Origin: Candidatus Sericytochromatia bacterium
GTDB taxonomy: Bacteria > Cyanobacteriota > Sericytochromatia > S15B-MN24 > JAQBPE01
Assembly: GCA_035285125.1 (NCBI GenBank)
Contig: JAYKHR010000066.1
Coordinates: 128,001 to 192,000 of the forward strand
Reading direction: 5' to 3'
Length of the DNA: 64,000 bases
Part shown: piece by piece, positions 35,897 through 45,365 of the stretch
Layout of the letters: the number at the start of each line of letters is the position of its first letter
Numbering within the stretch: the stretch's first letter is position 1
Program-made: the position numbers and the translations under genes
Notes under the pieces: generated by a model
What the model saw: only the letters and a program-made list of their open reading frames with translations
What the model was told of the DNA's origin: nothing
Database searches by the model: none

Positions 35897-37276
35897 GTGG
35901 AATGGCTAGAGAAGACCGTAACCATCCTGGGCCTGGGCCGCAGTGGCCTGGCGTGTGCCCGTGAGTTGTCGGCCATGGGGTGCCGGCTGATCCTCAGCGA
36001 CGCGCGGCCCACCGAGGAGTTGATGCCCCTGTTGGCTGACCTTCCCCTCGGAGAGGTGCGCGTCGAGGGGGGCGGTCACTCGGCAGCCTGCCTGGATGCC
36101 GACGTCATTGTCCTGTCGCCCGGGGTGTCAGTGGATCTGCCCATCGTGCAGGCCGCACTCGCCGACGGCGTTCCCGTGCTTGGCGAGCTTGAGCTGGCGT
36201 ACCGGCTGCGCCCGTCCGTTCCCCACGTGGCCATCACGGGAACCAACGGGAAGACCACCACCACGACCCTGGTCGGTCGCATCCTGGCGGAGGCAGGCCT
36301 CAGGGCGCTCGTCGGGGGCAACATCGGCACCCCGCTCGTCAGCATGGTCCACTCGCCTGCCGACGTGGTCGTCGCGGAAGTCAGCTCCTTCCAGCTCGAA
36401 ACCATCGCGCAGTTCCGCCCCGAGGTGGCGGTGCTGCTGAACTTCACCGACGACCACCTGAACCGCCACGGCACGCGGGACGTATACTGGCGGGCCAAGT
36501 GTCGGATCTTCGAGAACCAAGGACCGGAGGACTGGGCCATTCTCAACGCCGACGACCCAGCCGTCTCCGCGCTGATCGGGCGGACACCCGGCAGGCATGT
36601 GGCTTTCTCCGTGTCGGGCCCGCTGGAGCGCGGCGTCTGGATCCACGACGATTGGATCGTGCTGTCCCACGACGGGGGCACGCTCCCGGTGATGCCAGTC
36701 AGCGAGGTGCAACTGAGAGGGCGCCACAACCTGGAAAATGTCCTTGCCAGCGTCGGTGTCGGGGTTGCCCTGAGGCTCGAGGTGGAGCCGGTTCGCAAGG
36801 CCATCGCCGCCTTCACGGGGGTGGAGCATCGCATCGAACCCGTCCGCGTGCTGGACGCTGTCGCCTGGTACAACGACAGCAAGGGCACGAACTACGACTC
36901 GACCATCAAGGCCATCGAGGCCTTCGCGGAAGGGATCGTGCTCATCGCCGGCGGCAGAGACAAGGGCGGCGACATCCAGCCACTGCTCTCCCGCATCCGT
37001 GAACGCGTGCGCCACGTCGTGTTGCTGGGGGAGGCCGGCCCTGACTTCGCAAGGTCCCTCCGCAGCATCGGCTACGACGCCGTGACGGTGGTCGAGTCGA
37101 TGCCGGAGGCCATCCAGGAGGCCCGGGGGTTGGCGACACCAGGCGAGATCGTGTTGTTCTCGCCGGCCTGCACGAGCTTCGACATGTTCAAGGACTACGA
37201 GGACCGTGGACGCACGTTCAAGGGCCTCGTCAAGGCGTTGGCCGGAGGCGACGGTGAACCGGCGGCTCAGGGCTAG
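35897..37276 (+). CDS. murD: UDP-MurNAc-L-Ala:D-Glu ligase
   Basis: GLGRSG, ITGTNGKTTTT, EVSSFQLE, NDSKGTN, SPACTSFDMFKDYEDRG. Confidence 0.96.
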   Translation: MEWLEKTVTILGLGRSGLACARELSAMGCRLILSDARPTEELMPLLADLPLGEVRVEGGGHSAACLDADVIVLSPGVSVDLPIVQAALADGVPVLGELELAYRLRPSVPHVAITGTNGKTTTTTLVGRILAEAGLRALVGGNIGTPLVSMVHSPADVVVAEVSSFQLETIAQFRPEVAVLLNFTDDHLNRHGTRDVYWRAKCRIFENQGPEDWAILNADDPAVSALIGRTPGRHVAFSVSGPLERGVWIHDDWIVLSHDGGTLPVMPVSEVQLRGRHNLENVLASVGVGVALRLEVEPVRKAIAAFTGVEHRIEPVRVLDAVAWYNDSKGTNYDSTIKAIEAFAEGIVLIAGGRDKGGDIQPLLSRIRERVRHVVLLGEAGPDFARSLRSIGYDAVTVVESMPEAIQEARGLATPGEIVLFSPACTSFDMFKDYEDRGRTFKGLVKALAGGDGEPAAQG

Positions 37277-38432
37277 GCGCTCCCCACAAATCGACGTCAC
37301 CCTGCTGGCCATCGTCCTGATGCTGACAGGGGCTGGGCTCCTGTCGATCCTGAGCGCGAGCGCGCCGGTCGCCGAGCAGGGGCTCAGCCACACGCTGTAC
37401 TACGTGCAGCGTCAGGGAATGTGGTGCGTGGTCGGACTCGTGGCCCTGGTCGCGGCAACCTTCGTCAACATGACGCTGATCAGGGGGCTCGCCAAGTGGG
37501 TCCTGCTGGCCACCGCGGCGTTGCTGATGTGCACACATGTTCCAGGCATCGGCATCACCGAGTTGGGCTCCAGCCGCTGGCTGCGTGTCGGTCCCTTCTC
37601 GGTCCAGCCCTCCGAGGTCGCCAAGCTCTCGCTGGCCGTGTATCTGGCAGACAGGCTGGCCCGGCAGGGCGACAAGCCCTGGAGCCTGCTGACCGTCCGG
37701 CACACCCTGGCCCCCACGCTGGGCGTGCTCGCACTGGTCCTGGTCCAGCCGGATCTCGGCACCACGATCGTGCTCGCCATCTGTGCCTTTGCGGTGTTTT
37801 TCGCTTATGGCACGCGCATCTGGCTGCTGGGAGGCACCGCGCTGGTGGCCGTCGCGGGCGTGCTCTACTCGAGCTTCAACACGGACTACCAGCGGCAGCG
37901 TTGGATCGGCTTCCTGAACCCCTGGGCGGAGCCCCAGGGGAACGGCTACCAGCTGGTTCAATCCCTGATGGCCATTGGCTCGGGCGGCGTGCTCGGCGTG
38001 GGGTTCGGCCAGAGCAAGCAGAAGCTGTTCTACCTGCCCATCCAGTACGCCGACTTCATCTTCGCCGTGTTGGCCGAGGAGTTCGGCCTGATCGGGTGTG
38101 TCAGCCTCCTGGCTCTGTTCCTGCTGCTGGCCTGGCGTGGAATCAGCATTGCGCGGGAAGCCCGGGACCCCTTCCACGCCCTCCTGGCGCTGGCGCTGAC
38201 CACGATCGTGGTAGGCCAGGCCTACATCAACATCGGGGTCGTGACGGCCAGCCTGCCGACGACAGGCATCCCGCTGCCGTTCCTGAGTTTCGGGGGCAGC
38301 TCGCTGGTCATCACGATGTTCTCGATGGGGCTGCTGCTCAACATCTCGCGCCACAACCACAAGGCGCAAGAGGCCCAGGCCGCCGCTGAGAACGGAGCCC
38401 TCGAGGCCCGCTCCGGGGCCGGGCAGCCCTGA
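37254..38432 (+). CDS. ftsW: SEDS peptidoglycan polymerase FtsW
   Basis: QPSEVAK, QPDLGT, GYQLVQSLMAIGSGG, DFIFAVLAEEFG, PTTGIPLPFLSFGGSS; GTG 37254 with GGAGG RBS. Confidence 0.94.
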   Translation: MNRRLRARRSPQIDVTLLAIVLMLTGAGLLSILSASAPVAEQGLSHTLYYVQRQGMWCVVGLVALVAATFVNMTLIRGLAKWVLLATAALLMCTHVPGIGITELGSSRWLRVGPFSVQPSEVAKLSLAVYLADRLARQGDKPWSLLTVRHTLAPTLGVLALVLVQPDLGTTIVLAICAFAVFFAYGTRIWLLGGTALVAVAGVLYSSFNTDYQRQRWIGFLNPWAEPQGNGYQLVQSLMAIGSGGVLGVGFGQSKQKLFYLPIQYADFIFAVLAEEFGLIGCVSLLALFLLLAWRGISIAREARDPFHALLALALTTIVVGQAYINIGVVTASLPTTGIPLPFLSFGGSSLVITMFSMGLLLNISRHNHKAQEAQAAAENGALEARSGAGQP

Positions 38433-38450
38433 GGTCCGGAGGAAGCAGCG

Positions 38451-39560
38451 GTGGCTGACGTGGTGCTCACGGGGGGAGGAACAGGGGGGCATGTCTACCC
38501 CGCGCTGGCCGTGGCCGAGGCGCTCGTCCGCCTGCGACCAGGCCTGGACGTCCTGTTCGTGGGAACGCCAGACCGAATGGAGGCTCGCGTCGTGCCGGCC
38601 GCGGGCTGGCGATTCGAGGCCATCGAGGCCCGCGGCCTGAGCAGCCGCCCGCTGGAAGCCGTCAAAGCCGTCGCGACGCTTGCCCGGGGGCTGGGGCAGG
38701 CCCGTGACCTCATGCGCCGGGAAACGCCGCGGGTGGTCCTCGGGACCGGTGGATTCGCCAGCGCCCCCACCTTGCTGGCGGCCAGGCTCGAGGGGGTCCC
38801 GACATACCTGCATGAACAAAACGTCGTACCCGGAAAGGTGAACAGATGGCTGGGCCGGTGGGCCACCGGGGTGTTGCTGTCTCTGCCTGGCGGGGAGCAT
38901 TGGTGGTCAGGGGTGGAGTGCATCTTCACCGGCAACCCCATCCGACAGACCGCCTTTCAGGTTGAGCGGTCCGTGGCCCGTGCCGCCGTCAAGGTACCCG
39001 AGGGCGCACCGCTGCTGCTCGTCACGGGGGGATCCCAGGGCGCGCGCCGGATCAACGACGCCATGTTGGACCTGGCCCCGCGGCTCCTTCGGGAGACACG
39101 CTGGCACGTGCTTCATGTGACTGGCCCCGCCGGCTTCGAAGACGCTCGCCTGAGGCTTCCCGCAGAGGCCGAGGGCCGCTGGACCCTCGTGCCATACATG
39201 GACGACATGCCAACGGCCGTGGTGGCCTGCGACATCGCGGTCGGGCGAGCCGGCGCCACAACACTGGCGGAACTGACGGCCATGGGCAAGGGCATGGTGC
39301 TGGTGCCCTACCCGTTCGCCGGAGGCCATCAGCTGCTGAACGCCCGGGCCGCCCTGGACGCCGGGGCGGCAAGGGTGATCACCGATCATGCGTGCGACGG
39401 CCCCGGGCTGGCCGACGTCCTCTTGCCGCTGCTGACAGATCCTGAAGCTGTCGACCAAATGGCCGCAGCCAGCCTACGCCTGGGGTCCCCCAATGCGGCA
39501 GACCAAGTGGCAAGGCTGTTGCTGGACGCCGCATTCCCGCTCAGCAACGCCGGCGCGTGA
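38451..39560 (+). CDS. murG: Lipid I GlcNAc transferase
   Basis: GGGTGGHVYP, HEQN..PG..N, TGNP.R, GGSQGA, RAGATT. Confidence 0.96.
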   Translation: MADVVLTGGGTGGHVYPALAVAEALVRLRPGLDVLFVGTPDRMEARVVPAAGWRFEAIEARGLSSRPLEAVKAVATLARGLGQARDLMRRETPRVVLGTGGFASAPTLLAARLEGVPTYLHEQNVVPGKVNRWLGRWATGVLLSLPGGEHWWSGVECIFTGNPIRQTAFQVERSVARAAVKVPEGAPLLLVTGGSQGARRINDAMLDLAPRLLRETRWHVLHVTGPAGFEDARLRLPAEAEGRWTLVPYMDDMPTAVVACDIAVGRAGATTLAELTAMGKGMVLVPYPFAGGHQLLNARAALDAGAARVITDHACDGPGLADVLLPLLTDPEAVDQMAAASLRLGSPNAADQVARLLLDAAFPLSNAGA

Positions 39561-39695
39561 CGGTTTCACTGGCGAGACCGTCCCTCCATCCGGTATCCTC
39601 AAACGGTGCCCGTTGTGACGCGCCCTGTCCCGTGGGCCCCGCGGTGCTCTCTGTCGCCGCCTCCCTCGAGCCTGTATTTCACAAGGAAGCCTGCC

Positions 39696-41075
39696 GTGAC
39701 CCCACCCTCTGCCCTGCATTTCGTTGGTATCGGCGGCGTGGGAATGAGCGCGGTGGCCCAGGTTTGGCACAGCTTGGGGCGTCCGGTGTCCGGCTCGGAC
39801 CAGGCCCAGTCGACCGCGGTACAGCGGCTGCAAGGCTTCGGGATCCCCGTGCACATCGGCCACGCGGCAGACCACGTGGGTCCGGCAGTTGAGGGTCTGG
39901 TGGTCTCCACAGCGGTCCGCCAGGACAACCCCGAGTTGCAGGAGGCCATCCGGCGGGGGCTTCCGGTGTTCCACCGGTCCGAGGTGCTGGGCGCCCTTAT
40001 GGCGCAGCAGAGAAGCATCGCGGTCACGGGGACGCACGGCAAGACGACGACCACCGCGATGGTCGCGTCGATGCTGGTCGATGGCGCCTTCGATCCGACG
40101 GTGCTGCTCGGGGGAGAGTTGCCAGAACTCGGCGGTAATGCCCGCCACGGACGGGGCGAGTTCCTGGTGGCCGAGGCTGATGAAAGCGACAAGTCGATCA
40201 CCAACCTCACGGCCGAGATTGTGGTGGTGACGAACCTCGAGGGTGACCACCTGGAGCACTACCGCGACCTCGACGAGATCATCGACGTCGTGGCCGCCTT
40301 CCTCGGGCGCCTTCCCGAGGGCGCCAAGCTCATTGCGTGCGCGGACTGTCCGGGGGTGCTGCGACTGCTCGAACGGGTCAAGTTGCCTGTCGTGACCTAC
40401 GGGTTCTCCGAAGAGGCCGAGTTCCGCATCGAGGACGAGCAACTCACGGCCGGCGGCTCCACCTTCCGCGTCCAAGGTGCCAGCTATGCCTTGCAGGTAC
40501 CGGGGCGCCACAACATCGCCAACGCGACGGCAGCCATCGCCGCCTGCTCCCTCGCAGGCGTGCCCCACGAGGCGCGTCGATCTGGGCTGGCCGGCTTCAC
40601 CGGCGTGAAACGCAGGTTTCAAACCGTCGGGTCCGTCGGGGGCGTCACGGTGGTGGACGACTATGCCCACCATCCCTCCGAGATCAAGGCCACGCTGTCC
40701 GCCGCTGCCCTGCTCGGTCGCCCTGTCCACGCCGTGTTCCAACCTCACAGGCACTCCCGCCTGGAGGCCCTGCTGCACGATTTCGCCGCCTCTTTCCGTG
40801 GCGCCCGAACCGTCACCATCATGGACACCTACGCGGCGGGCGAGGCGCCCAGGGAGGTCGATGCCGGCAGCCTGGCTGCGCTCGTCTCGCGGCACGAACC
40901 GGGCGTGCCCGTGACGCACGCGCCCACGATCGGCGCAGCCGTCAGCCACCTCGTAGAGACGGCCGGCTCGGGCGACCTCGTCGTGCTTCTGGGTGCAGGC
41001 GACATCCACCTCGTGGCGCAGCCACTGCTCGCAGCCATCGAGCACCGGATCAGCGTCTCCGTGCAGTCTGCGTGA
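39696..41075 (+). CDS. murC: UDP-MurNAc:L-Ala ligase
   Basis: HFVGIGGVGMS, GTHGKTTTT, EADESD, DDYAHHPSEI, FQPHR. Confidence 0.96.
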   Translation: MTPPSALHFVGIGGVGMSAVAQVWHSLGRPVSGSDQAQSTAVQRLQGFGIPVHIGHAADHVGPAVEGLVVSTAVRQDNPELQEAIRRGLPVFHRSEVLGALMAQQRSIAVTGTHGKTTTTAMVASMLVDGAFDPTVLLGGELPELGGNARHGRGEFLVAEADESDKSITNLTAEIVVVTNLEGDHLEHYRDLDEIIDVVAAFLGRLPEGAKLIACADCPGVLRLLERVKLPVVTYGFSEEAEFRIEDEQLTAGGSTFRVQGASYALQVPGRHNIANATAAIAACSLAGVPHEARRSGLAGFTGVKRRFQTVGSVGGVTVVDDYAHHPSEIKATLSAAALLGRPVHAVFQPHRHSRLEALLHDFAASFRGARTVTIMDTYAAGEAPREVDAGSLAALVSRHEPGVPVTHAPTIGAAVSHLVETAGSGDLVVLLGAGDIHLVAQPLLAAIEHRISVSVQSA

Positions 41076-41085
41076 GGGCCTCGAC

Positions 41086-42030
41086 GTGGTCGCTCCCTCA
41101 CTCCCTCCCTTCGAGCCTGCCGCGCCCCCGCCTGAAGGCGTGCGGCCGGGCGTAGACCTGGCGCCATTTACCACGTGGCAGGTGGGTGGCCCCGCGCGCT
41201 GGTTCGTCGAGCCGAGCAGCGTGGAAGAGGTGCAGGCCGCAGTGGTGTGGGCCAACGCCCACGGCGTGGCTTGGCGCCCCATGGGTCGTGGCAGCAACTT
41301 GCTGGTGGGAGATAGCGGGTTCGAAGGCCTGATCGTGCGGTTCGGAAACGCGTTCGGCCAGGTTCGCATCGAGCCGGCGGAGGGTCACGGCGTGGTGCGT
41401 GCGCAGGCCGGCGTGCCATGCGCTCAGTTCGTGGTGGCCTGCAACCAGGCTGGATACGGTGGCCTCGAACCACTGGTGGGGGTTCCTGGGTCCATTGGTG
41501 GCGCCGTGGCGATGAATGCCAGCGCGCATGGCAAAGCGGTGTCCGAGGGTTTCCTCGGCGGTCGGGTGCTGCGAGAGGACGGCGCCTTGGAAACCTGGGC
41601 CGCCGCAGATTTTGCCTTCTCCTACCGCCACACGCGCCTCCACGAGGAGCAGGTCCTGTTCCTGGAGGGAACGTGGCACCTGGCCGCCGTGCCGATTGAG
41701 GAGTCCCGGGCGCGCATCCGAGAGTTGCAGCGGTGGCGCCATGAGAAGCAGCCGACCAACATGCCTTCCGGCGGCAGCACCTTTCGCAACCCGGGTGAAG
41801 GCCTGCCCGCGGCGGGCGCACTCATCGAGCAGGTCGGTGGCAAGGGGCTGCGGCTCGGCGGTGCTGAGGTGTCCGAGAAGCATGCCAACTTCATCGTCAA
41901 TCGGGGGGGCGCCACGGCGGCAGACATCAATGGCCTCATCGTCACCTTGCAGGAACGGGTGCGTGCGAAGTTCGGCGTGACGCTCGTCCCCGAGGTCATG
42001 GGGCTGGGGATGCACGTTGGCACGGAGTAA
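41086..42030 (+). CDS. murB: UDP-N-acetylenolpyruvoylglucosamine reductase
   Basis: TTWQVGGPA, GRGSNLL, GVPGSIGGAVAMNA, GSTFRNP, VSEKHANFIVN. Confidence 0.95.
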   Translation: MVAPSLPPFEPAAPPPEGVRPGVDLAPFTTWQVGGPARWFVEPSSVEEVQAAVVWANAHGVAWRPMGRGSNLLVGDSGFEGLIVRFGNAFGQVRIEPAEGHGVVRAQAGVPCAQFVVACNQAGYGGLEPLVGVPGSIGGAVAMNASAHGKAVSEGFLGGRVLREDGALETWAAADFAFSYRHTRLHEEQVLFLEGTWHLAAVPIEESRARIRELQRWRHEKQPTNMPSGGSTFRNPGEGLPAAGALIEQVGGKGLRLGGAEVSEKHANFIVNRGGATAADINGLIVTLQERVRAKFGVTLVPEVMGLGMHVGTE

Positions 42031-42964
42031 GCGGGGGCGAGTCCGCGAGGGCCCAGAAGGGGGGCCGCCGGGCCCCCACAGCGTGGAGGATGGGCTTCAG
42101 CGCGTCGCCGACAGGCAGTACCGGTTGGCCCGAGACGTGAGGCGCGCCAGACGGCGGCAGCGAAGCAAGCGACGGCTCGCCCGCGTCCTCTCCCACGTCG
42201 GGTTGTTGAGCCTCGTCATCTTCCTTTGGATGGGGCCCTTCTGGCAGTGGGAGGGTTTGCTCACGGTGACGGGGAACCGCCTGGTCAGCGCGCAGGAGGT
42301 CTTCGCCAGGCTCTACATCCCTCAGCACACGCCGCTCTACACGCTAGACCCCAAGAAGATTTCCGCGCAGCTTTCCTCGATCCCCGCAGTGGCAAGGGTT
42401 TCCACCCGCCGTTGGTTGTTCCCACCCAGGCTCGAGGTGATGATTCTGGAGCGGCAGGGGCTGGTAAAGGTGGAGGGCGTGCCGGGCGAGGCGGTTTCCC
42501 GCTGGATCGACCAGGAAGGCGTCGTCTTCTCTGCGCCGGCAGCCCGGATGCAGGCTCGCTTTCCGGTGCAGGTCTGGTGTGATTTGCAGCCGGGTCAGCG
42601 GCTGCCCGGCAAACTCCAGAAGGAGTTCTTCGAGTTGCTGGTCGCCTGGCCGCAGGGAGCTGGGGGTCGTCTGGACCTGCGCAGGCCCAACGACCTCTAC
42701 GCGTCGGTGGGCGACTGGCCTGTTCGGTTCGGGGAGCCCGAGGATGCGAGCCTGAAGCTTTCCATTCTGGCGGACCTGCAACCGCTGGCGAAGGCTTACC
42801 GTGAGCGGTTAAGATACATCAACTTGCGGTTTCCGAAGAGTCCGACCTTGGTGTTGAAAACTGGTGACGAGGTGAAGGTCGGCAAGGACTCCCAAGGCGG
42901 CGAGCGCCCCGCGGGCTCGCCACAGCCGAAGCCGACGGGCACCACCGCGTCACCACCCCACTGA
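42017..42964 (+). CDS. ftsQ: Cell division protein FtsQ/DivIB
   Basis: Basic N-terminus, one TM, POTRA (V.GN.LV...IP.V..V...R..P..L.V.I.ER), YINLRF. Confidence 0.8.
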   Translation: MARSKRGRVREGPEGGPPGPHSVEDGLQRVADRQYRLARDVRRARRRQRSKRRLARVLSHVGLLSLVIFLWMGPFWQWEGLLTVTGNRLVSAQEVFARLYIPQHTPLYTLDPKKISAQLSSIPAVARVSTRRWLFPPRLEVMILERQGLVKVEGVPGEAVSRWIDQEGVVFSAPAARMQARFPVQVWCDLQPGQRLPGKLQKEFFELLVAWPQGAGGRLDLRRPNDLYASVGDWPVRFGEPEDASLKLSILADLQPLAKAYRERLRYINLRFPKSPTLVLKTGDEVKVGKDSQGGERPAGSPQPKPTGTTASPPH

Positions 42965-42967
42965 CCG

Positions 42968-43654
42968 TTGCGAAACTGGCTCGTTCCTGTCACCCTCATC
43001 GCCGTTGCCTCAGGCGTCCTCATCGCGGCGCAGTTCAAGTCGCAGGCGGCCTACAGGGACGGCCTGCCGAGCAGGCGCGTGGAGGAATTGGTGGTGATGC
43101 TCAAGGACGCTGAGGCCGAGAACGGTCGCCTGGTCAGCCAGGTGGAGGCCCTCAGGGAGAGCATCAAGACCGCTGAGTTGCCCGCCTCGGGGAAGGCGTC
43201 GCCCGTGCCGGGGCGTCTTCAAGCCACCAACGGACCTGGCATCGAAGTTGAAATCGCGGACAGCGCCAAGCCCCTCACCAAGGGGGAAAACCCCAACATC
43301 GCCATCGTTCACAACGAGGACCTGCTCAAAATCGTCAACGAGCTTCGAGCGAGCGGCGCCGCCGCGCTCTCGGTCAACGACCAGCGCCTCGTCGAGACCT
43401 CCGAAATCAGCTGCGCGGGCCCGACCATCCTCGTGAACAAGACCCGGCTGGCCCCTCCCTTCATCATCCGTGCGATAGGGGACGCAGACACCATGATGGC
43501 GGCGCTGGCGCTGCGTGGCGGCGTCGTCGAATACTTGCAATTCTATGGGATCCAAGTTAATATCTCCAGGAAACCGGATATTCAAGTCCCCATGTACGTT
43601 GGCGGCTCTTCGTACCAGTTTGCGAAGCCTCTGACAACCAAGAAATCGACATGA
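42968..43654 (+). CDS. DUF881 protein (YlxW/YlxX-like)
   Basis: TM + coiled coil, GPGI.V...DS, VHNEDLL.IVNELRASGA.A.SVNDQR, I.CAGPTILVN...PPF.I.AIG. Confidence 0.9.
   Translation: MRNWLVPVTLIAVASGVLIAAQFKSQAAYRDGLPSRRVEELVVMLKDAEAENGRLVSQVEALRESIKTAELPASGKASPVPGRLQATNGPGIEVEIADSAKPLTKGENPNIAIVHNEDLLKIVNELRASGAAALSVNDQRLVETSEISCAGPTILVNKTRLAPPFIIRAIGDADTMMAALALRGGVVEYLQFYGIQVNISRKPDIQVPMYVGGSSYQFAKPLTTKKST
43535..43563 (+). promoter_or_regulatory. Putative internal sigma70 promoter for sbp-ftsZ
   Basis: TTGCAA-N17-TAATAT within an AT-rich patch of the DUF881 3' end. Confidence 0.5.
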
Positions 43655-44004
43655 CGAGCGCAGTCCTCCTCCCGTTGGTTGGGCTCGTCGTGGGAATCAT
43701 TGCGGGCGCTCTGTCGCCTGTCAGCATCCCTCATTCTCTTGCGAAGTACACGGCGGTAGCCATCCTGGCTGCCCTCGACACGGGGCTTGGTGGAATCCGG
43801 GCTGGTCTTGAAAACAGGTTCGACCTCGCCGCCTTCATCAGCGGCTTCACCTTCAACACCCTGCTGGCCGCCGCGCTCACCTACCTGGGTGACATGCTTG
43901 GCATCGACCTTTACATCGCTGCCGTTGTGGTTTTCGGGGTCCGACTCTTCGACAACTTGGCCGTCGTCCGTCGGTTGGTGGTGAATCGGTTTTGGTCTCA
44001 CTAG
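43651..44004 (+). CDS. sbp: Small basic protein Sbp (DUF1290)
   Basis: [11 protein letters not shown]...GGIRA.LE..FD...F.SGF..N..LA..L.YLGD.LG.DLY.AA.VVFG.RLF.N.A..RR. Confidence 0.88.
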   Translation: MTSAVLLPLVGLVVGIIAGALSPVSIPHSLAKYTAVAILAALDTGLGGIRAGLENRFDLAAFISGFTFNTLLAAALTYLGDMLGIDLYIAAVVVFGVRLFDNLAVVRRLVVNRFWSH

Positions 44005-44038
44005 TTACTTGAAGCTACAAGGAAGGGGGAAGCCGGTT

Positions 44039-45250
44039 TTGTCGAGGCTGAACAGAGCCAGACCGACTCGGCTGAACGCGGTGCCTGATAAGTTCGACAA
44101 GCACAACAGCGTCGCCAACATCAAAGTGGTTGGCGTGGGTGGTGGCGGTTCCAACGCCGTCAACCGGATGATCGAGAACGGCCTCACGGGCGTCGAGTTC
44201 TGGACGATCAACACCGACGCGCAGGCGCTTGCGCTTGCGAAGGCTGACCGCAAGCTGCAGATTGGTCAGAAAATCACCCGTGGCCTGGGCGCCGGCGGCA
44301 ACCCCGAGGTCGGCCGCAAGGCTGCTGAAGAGAGCCGGGACGACCTGCTCCAGGCGCTTGAAGGCGCCGACATGGTCTTTATCACGGCCGGCATGGGGGG
44401 TGGCACCGGAACGGGCGCCGCACCCGTGGTGGCTGCCGTGGCGCGTGAGGTTGGGGCCCTGACCGTTGGTGTGGTGACCCGCCCCTTCATGTTCGAGGGC
44501 CGGCGTCGCTCGGTGCAGGCGAACGACGGCATCGCCTCCATCAAAGAAGCAGTCGATACGCTGATTGTCATCCCGAACGACAAGCTGCTTCAGGTCGTCG
44601 AGAAGCGGACGACCATGCAGGAGGCCTTCCAAATTGCCGACGATGTGCTCAGGCACGGCGTGGAGGGCATCTCCAACATTATCACCATTCCCGGCCTCAT
44701 CAACGTCGACTTTGCTGACGTGAAGGCCGTAATGAGCAGTTCCGGGTCCGCCCTGATGGGCATCGGCTCAGCGAGCGGCGAGGGCCGGGCCATCGAGGCC
44801 GCACAGAAGGCCATCAGCAGCCCGATGCTGGAGACCAGCGTGCACGGCGCCTCGGGCGTCATCTTCAACGTCACTGGCGGGTCCGACCTCACGTTGCACG
44901 AGGTGAACGATGCCGCGGCCGTGATCTACGAGGCCGTTGACTCCGAGGCGAACATCATCTTCGGCGCTGTCTTCGACGAGCGGTTGCACGGCGAGGTTCG
45001 CATCACCGTCATCGCCACGGGCTTCGACGGCCCCCGGCAGTCGGTGGTGCCTGTCGCCCCCGTCGCGCGGGAGCACCGCCCAGTGGTGCCACCCTTCATC
45101 GGGGCTCACACGAACGGCCATTCGGCTGCTCCGGCCCCGGCATCTGTACCGGAGCAAGTCATTCCCGGACCCGGCACGGCCGGCTCCGACCTGGCGCCGG
45201 ACATCCCTGATTTCCTGAAGAACAGCCTGCGGCGCACCACAGGTCACTAA
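44039..45250 (+). CDS. ftsZ: Cell division GTPase FtsZ
   Basis: [26 protein letters not shown] tubulin motif, NVDFADV, C-terminal DIPDFL; TTG 44039 chosen from GGAAGGGGG RBS. Confidence 0.98.
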   Translation: MSRLNRARPTRLNAVPDKFDKHNSVANIKVVGVGGGGSNAVNRMIENGLTGVEFWTINTDAQALALAKADRKLQIGQKITRGLGAGGNPEVGRKAAEESRDDLLQALEGADMVFITAGMGGGTGTGAAPVVAAVAREVGALTVGVVTRPFMFEGRRRSVQANDGIASIKEAVDTLIVIPNDKLLQVVEKRTTMQEAFQIADDVLRHGVEGISNIITIPGLINVDFADVKAVMSSSGSALMGIGSASGEGRAIEAAQKAISSPMLETSVHGASGVIFNVTGGSDLTLHEVNDAAAVIYEAVDSEANIIFGAVFDERLHGEVRITVIATGFDGPRQSVVPVAPVAREHRPVVPPFIGAHTNGHSAAPAPASVPEQVIPGPGTAGSDLAPDIPDFLKNSLRRTTGH

Positions 45251-45365
45251 GGCGGCGCTTCGGCCCGTTCGGCCGAGGTGTCCGTGGTTTCAGCAGGCTC
45301 TCCGTCAGAGACGGGGGGCCTGTTACAATAGATGGCCGGCCCGCTGCGCCGGTCCCTCTGAAAGG

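Noticed and set aside
38428..38450. GAGGTCCGGAGGAAGCAGC closely resembles the SRP RNA helix 8 motif (CAGGUCCGGAAGGAAGCAGC)
   Set aside because: It spans the ftsW stop and an 18-nt spacer that is simply the murG RBS; the GGAA tetraloop stem is one base short, and the flanks are coding with no long closing helix.
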